From a virus (Duplodnaviria; Caudoviricetes): a stretch of DNA of 24,002 nt. Location: positions 1 to 24,002 of IMG/VR virus record IMGVR_UViG_3300022178_000315. One strand, given 5' to 3'. The notes beneath the pieces are model-generated. The model had not been told where the DNA came from, did no database searches, and worked only from the letters and a program-made list of their open reading frames with translations. Every line of letters starts with the position of its first letter. The first letter of the stretch is position 1. A program made the position numbers and the translations under genes. This document shows positions 21,451 through 24,002 of the stretch, one piece after another.

Positions 21451-24002
21451 ATATAAAACTCCTTTAACTTTAGAAGAAAAGAAATCTTTACAAAACAATC
21501 AGTTTTCTAAACAGATGTCTAAAGAAGATAACTTTACTAAAGAAAGACTTGAAGAGTTAACCAAACAAAAAGAAGATATAGTATCAGGCTATGATACTAT
21601 AATAGAAAGAGAGTTAGGTGTAAATGAGGTTACTGATTTTTTTGGAGATCTATATAGGGCTGGAGAACAAGGTTTTGAACAAGCTAAAGCCGTTGATCCT
21701 AGTATAGATATATATAGAGCAGGAAAAGAGACTTCTGACGAGCAAATAATAAAATGGATTGAAACAAATAAAAGCATTGCAGATAAAAATAAAGAATCTG
21801 AAGAAATGCAAAGTTTTAATAAAATATATAAAGAAAATGGTGGTGGTTGGCTAGGGTTCGTAAAAGGAGTTGCTAAAAATCCTTCTACTTTATCTTCAAT
21901 GTTAGTAAGTTCTATGACCACTCAATTAGGATCTTTACAGTCTGAAGAAGTTTTAGCTTCGGCAGCCGCGGGTGGAACCGCTGGGGCAGCTGGAGGATCT
22001 TTATTCGCCGGAATAGGCGCTATACCAGGTGGATTAGCTGGCGCTATGAGTGGCACTATGACAGCTATGGAAACTGGATTGACTTTTTCTGAACTATTAA
22101 CCGAAGAAGTAGGTGAGGATATTGACGTTGACAAAGTTAGAAAAATTTTAGAAAATCCAAAAAAACTAGCTGAATTAAAAAACAAAGCATTAGGAAGAGG
22201 TATTGCTATAGGCGCTATTGAATTAGCTACGATGGGATTAGCTAAAGGTGTTGGAGGAAAAATAGCTAAAGCTGGGTTTAAAGGAGCTAAACCAACTGGA
22301 ATCGCAGCTGCTGGGGCAGTTGAAGTCGTTGGCGGAGGAACAGGTGAAGTTGCTGGAAGATTTGTAGCTGACCAAGAAATGGATATTGCTGAAATAGGTT
22401 TTGAAGCTTTTGCTGGTTTAGGCAGTGCTCCTGTAACTATAGCTAGTCAATTAACAGATTTAGGCAGAAATGTAGATATAGCAAATTTAAACAAGTTTTT
22501 AAATGAAACTAACTATAAAGAAGTTACAGAAGCTTTTTTACCAGAAGTTGAAACTTCTGAAGCTCAAGTTAAAATGGCTCAAAGCAAAAACGCTGTTGAT
22601 ATAATAGATAAAAAGCTAAAACAAGAGGTTATTGACGGTGTTAAAACACCTGAAGAAGCAGATGCTGTTGCTTTAAACTTTAGAGAAACTCAAGGAGCTG
22701 TAAACCAAATAAAACCTTTAAAACTTTCTACAAAAGATCAGGCCACGGCTGTTCAGTTGATGAAAGAAAAGAAACAACTTAGCAACGAAATAAAACAAGT
22801 TGGTGAGGCTAATTTAACTATAGAGCAATCTAATAGAATTAAAGAAATAGATAATGATCTAAAAAATATTGGTTCTAAAGCTGTTACGCAGGAAGTTGAA
22901 AAAGTTAAAAAAGCTGCTGAAAGCATTAAAGACTTAGATGTTCAAGAATTTGCAAGCACAGAAGAAACAGAAGCTTTTTTAAATAAACAAAATCAAGATC
23001 CTAAAGCGTCTGGTCAACAAGGATTTATAATTCAAGATCCTAAAACAGGTAAGCAAACTATTGTAATAAATAGAGAAATAGCTGACAAAGAAATAGCCGT
23101 TGCCGCACCGTCTCACGAGTTTTTACATGCGTTATTATTTCAAACTGTCAAAGACAGTCCTGAAACGCAACTAGCGTTAGGTAATTCTTTAAAAGAATAT
23201 ATAAATAAAATAGACGTTGACAAGGTAGTTAAAGATAGTAATTTTGCTAAAAGATTAGAACAATATAAATCTGATCCTGAGGCTGTGCAAGCTGAAGAAG
23301 TTTTAACTTTATTTTCTGACGCTATTAGAACTGAAGATATTAAGTTTAATGAAACTGTTTTTACTAAAGTTGGTGATGTTATTCGTAAAGCCCTACAAGC
23401 TTTAGGTGTTAAAGTTAAGTTTAATAACGGTAAAGACGTTTATAACTTTATAAAAGACTATAATAAAAGTTTAGAATCTACTGGACTTACTAAGGCTCAA
23501 GTTAAAGCTGCAGAAGGAGTTACAGGTGAGTTAGTTGCTGACAAGGTTAAAACAGACGAGCAGATTATAAAAGAGTCTAGATCTGAAGAAGCATCCGCAA
23601 GAGTTCAAGAATTGTATGACACACAAGGTGAAGCTGCTGCGTTTGACATTATAGAGCAGTTCAAACCTATAACTAGTAAGATAGTAGAAAAAAGATCTGA
23701 AGCCCCAGGCTTTGACCGTCAGCTACTTACAGACGAAATAGAAACTGGCAAGCGAGGTATATTAGATTTAATTAAAGAATATAAACCTGAAATGAAAACA
23801 CCATTAGCTGCCTGGATAAATAAGTTTTTACCAGCTAGAGCTATTGAAGCATCAAAAAGAATACTAGGTAAAGAATTTACTGATGATATTACCGAAGCTA
23901 AAGGTGTTGCCGCTGAAGAGGTTAGCGTTGCTGAAAAACCTATAGACAAATCAACTACATCTAAACTAAGAAGAGTTCTTGGAATAAAACAAGGTGATGC
24001 TA
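21203..24002 (+). CDS. Giant internal virion (polyvalent/ejection) protein, 3'-partial, with glycine-zipper segments, HExxH zincin and a sigma70 region-2-like segment
   Basis: Not in the ORF track because it has no stop in the window. ATG 21203 opens MYTYKDRELTKEQVDKLAAEKG... and stays open for 933 codons to the window end. HEFLH is at 23114-23128, the downstream EEV at 23294, and the sigma-like stretch at about 23633-23866. Confidence 0.85.
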   Translation, partial: MYTYKDRELTKEQVDKLAAEKGVEVNVFLTNNPDIKIQEAVVETTEPEGKTTATETDTSVDAIEVSGTESQSEDGSLELKETKYKTPLTLEEKKSLQNNQFSKQMSKEDNFTKERLEELTKQKEDIVSGYDTIIERELGVNEVTDFFGDLYRAGEQGFEQAKAVDPSIDIYRAGKETSDEQIIKWIETNKSIADKNKESEEMQSFNKIYKENGGGWLGFVKGVAKNPSTLSSMLVSSMTTQLGSLQSEEVLASAAAGGTAGAAGGSLFAGIGAIPGGLAGAMSGTMTAMETGLTFSELLTEEVGEDIDVDKVRKILENPKKLAELKNKALGRGIAIGAIELATMGLAKGVGGKIAKAGFKGAKPTGIAAAGAVEVVGGGTGEVAGRFVADQEMDIAEIGFEAFAGLGSAPVTIASQLTDLGRNVDIANLNKFLNETNYKEVTEAFLPEVETSEAQVKMAQSKNAVDIIDKKLKQEVIDGVKTPEEADAVALNFRETQGAVNQIKPLKLSTKDQATAVQLMKEKKQLSNEIKQVGEANLTIEQSNRIKEIDNDLKNIGSKAVTQEVEKVKKAAESIKDLDVQEFASTEETEAFLNKQNQDPKASGQQGFIIQDPKTGKQTIVINREIADKEIAVAAPSHEFLHALLFQTVKDSPETQLALGNSLKEYINKIDVDKVVKDSNFAKRLEQYKSDPEAVQAEEVLTLFSDAIRTEDIKFNETVFTKVGDVIRKALQALGVKVKFNNGKDVYNFIKDYNKSLESTGLTKAQVKAAEGVTGELVADKVKTDEQIIKESRSEEASARVQELYDTQGEAAAFDIIEQFKPITSKIVEKRSEAPGFDRQLLTDEIETGKRGILDLIKEYKPEMKTPLAAWINKFLPARAIEASKRILGKEFTDDITEAKGVAAEEVSVAEKPIDKSTTSKLRRVLGIKQGDA
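21346..21401 (+). other. Predicted -1 programmed ribosomal frameshift signal: slippery heptamer plus H-type pseudoknot
   Basis: In-frame G_GGA_AAG (21346-21352), 7-nt spacer ACAACAG, stem 1 CCACAGA (21360-21366)/TCTGTGG (21377-21383), stem 2 CGGACAC (21369-21375)/GTGTCCG (21395-21401). Confidence 0.8.

Noticed and set aside
1211-23949. All other minus-strand ORFs in the track
   Set aside because: They lie wholly or almost wholly opposite well-supported plus-strand genes and have shadow-like composition.
1-24002. Stop-codon reassignment as seen in some crAss-like phages
   Set aside because: Genes tile the window at full length under the standard bacterial code, and TAA, TAG and TGA all end genes at sensible boundaries.
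1-24002. tRNA, CRISPR array, intron/intein or mobile element
   Set aside because: Intergenic gaps are all under about 80 nt, with no cloverleaf, no repeat-spacer periodicity, and no intein, homing endonuclease or transposase motifs seen.
21203-24002. Calling the giant ORF a virion RNA polymerase
   Set aside because: No double-psi-beta-barrel catalytic DxDxD context is recognisable in the visible 933 codons; it cannot be excluded for the part beyond the window.

Overview
AT-rich, densely coded, all-plus-strand virion morphogenesis module of a dsDNA podovirus-type bacteriophage. The gene order and motifs are crAss-like, and the Shine-Dalgarno-less A/T-rich leaders suggest a Bacteroidota host (inference). 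Order: 3-TM holin (5'-partial), head-spike/decoration protein, two small ORFs, tandem GroES-like protein, probable TerS, TerL, portal, scaffold, major capsid protein, head-associated protein, two tail ring/adaptor proteins, tail muzzle/stabilisation protein encoded as two genes, GNAT-like protein, two ejection-type proteins, and a giant 3'-partial virion protein (21203..>24002) that is missing from the ORF track. The most notable hidden signals are: (1) an in-frame G_GGA_AAG slippery site, 7-nt spacer and perfect H-type pseudoknot near the 5' end of the giant gene, predicting a -1 frameshift to an 82-aa product; (2) an HExxH zincin and a sigma70 region-2-like segment in the same giant protein; (3) two small basic ORFs overprinted in the +1 frame of the scaffold gene; (4) a 227-codon lipoprotein-like ORF overprinted on the TerL ATPase domain. 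All family assignments come from motif recognition by eye; no searches were run.
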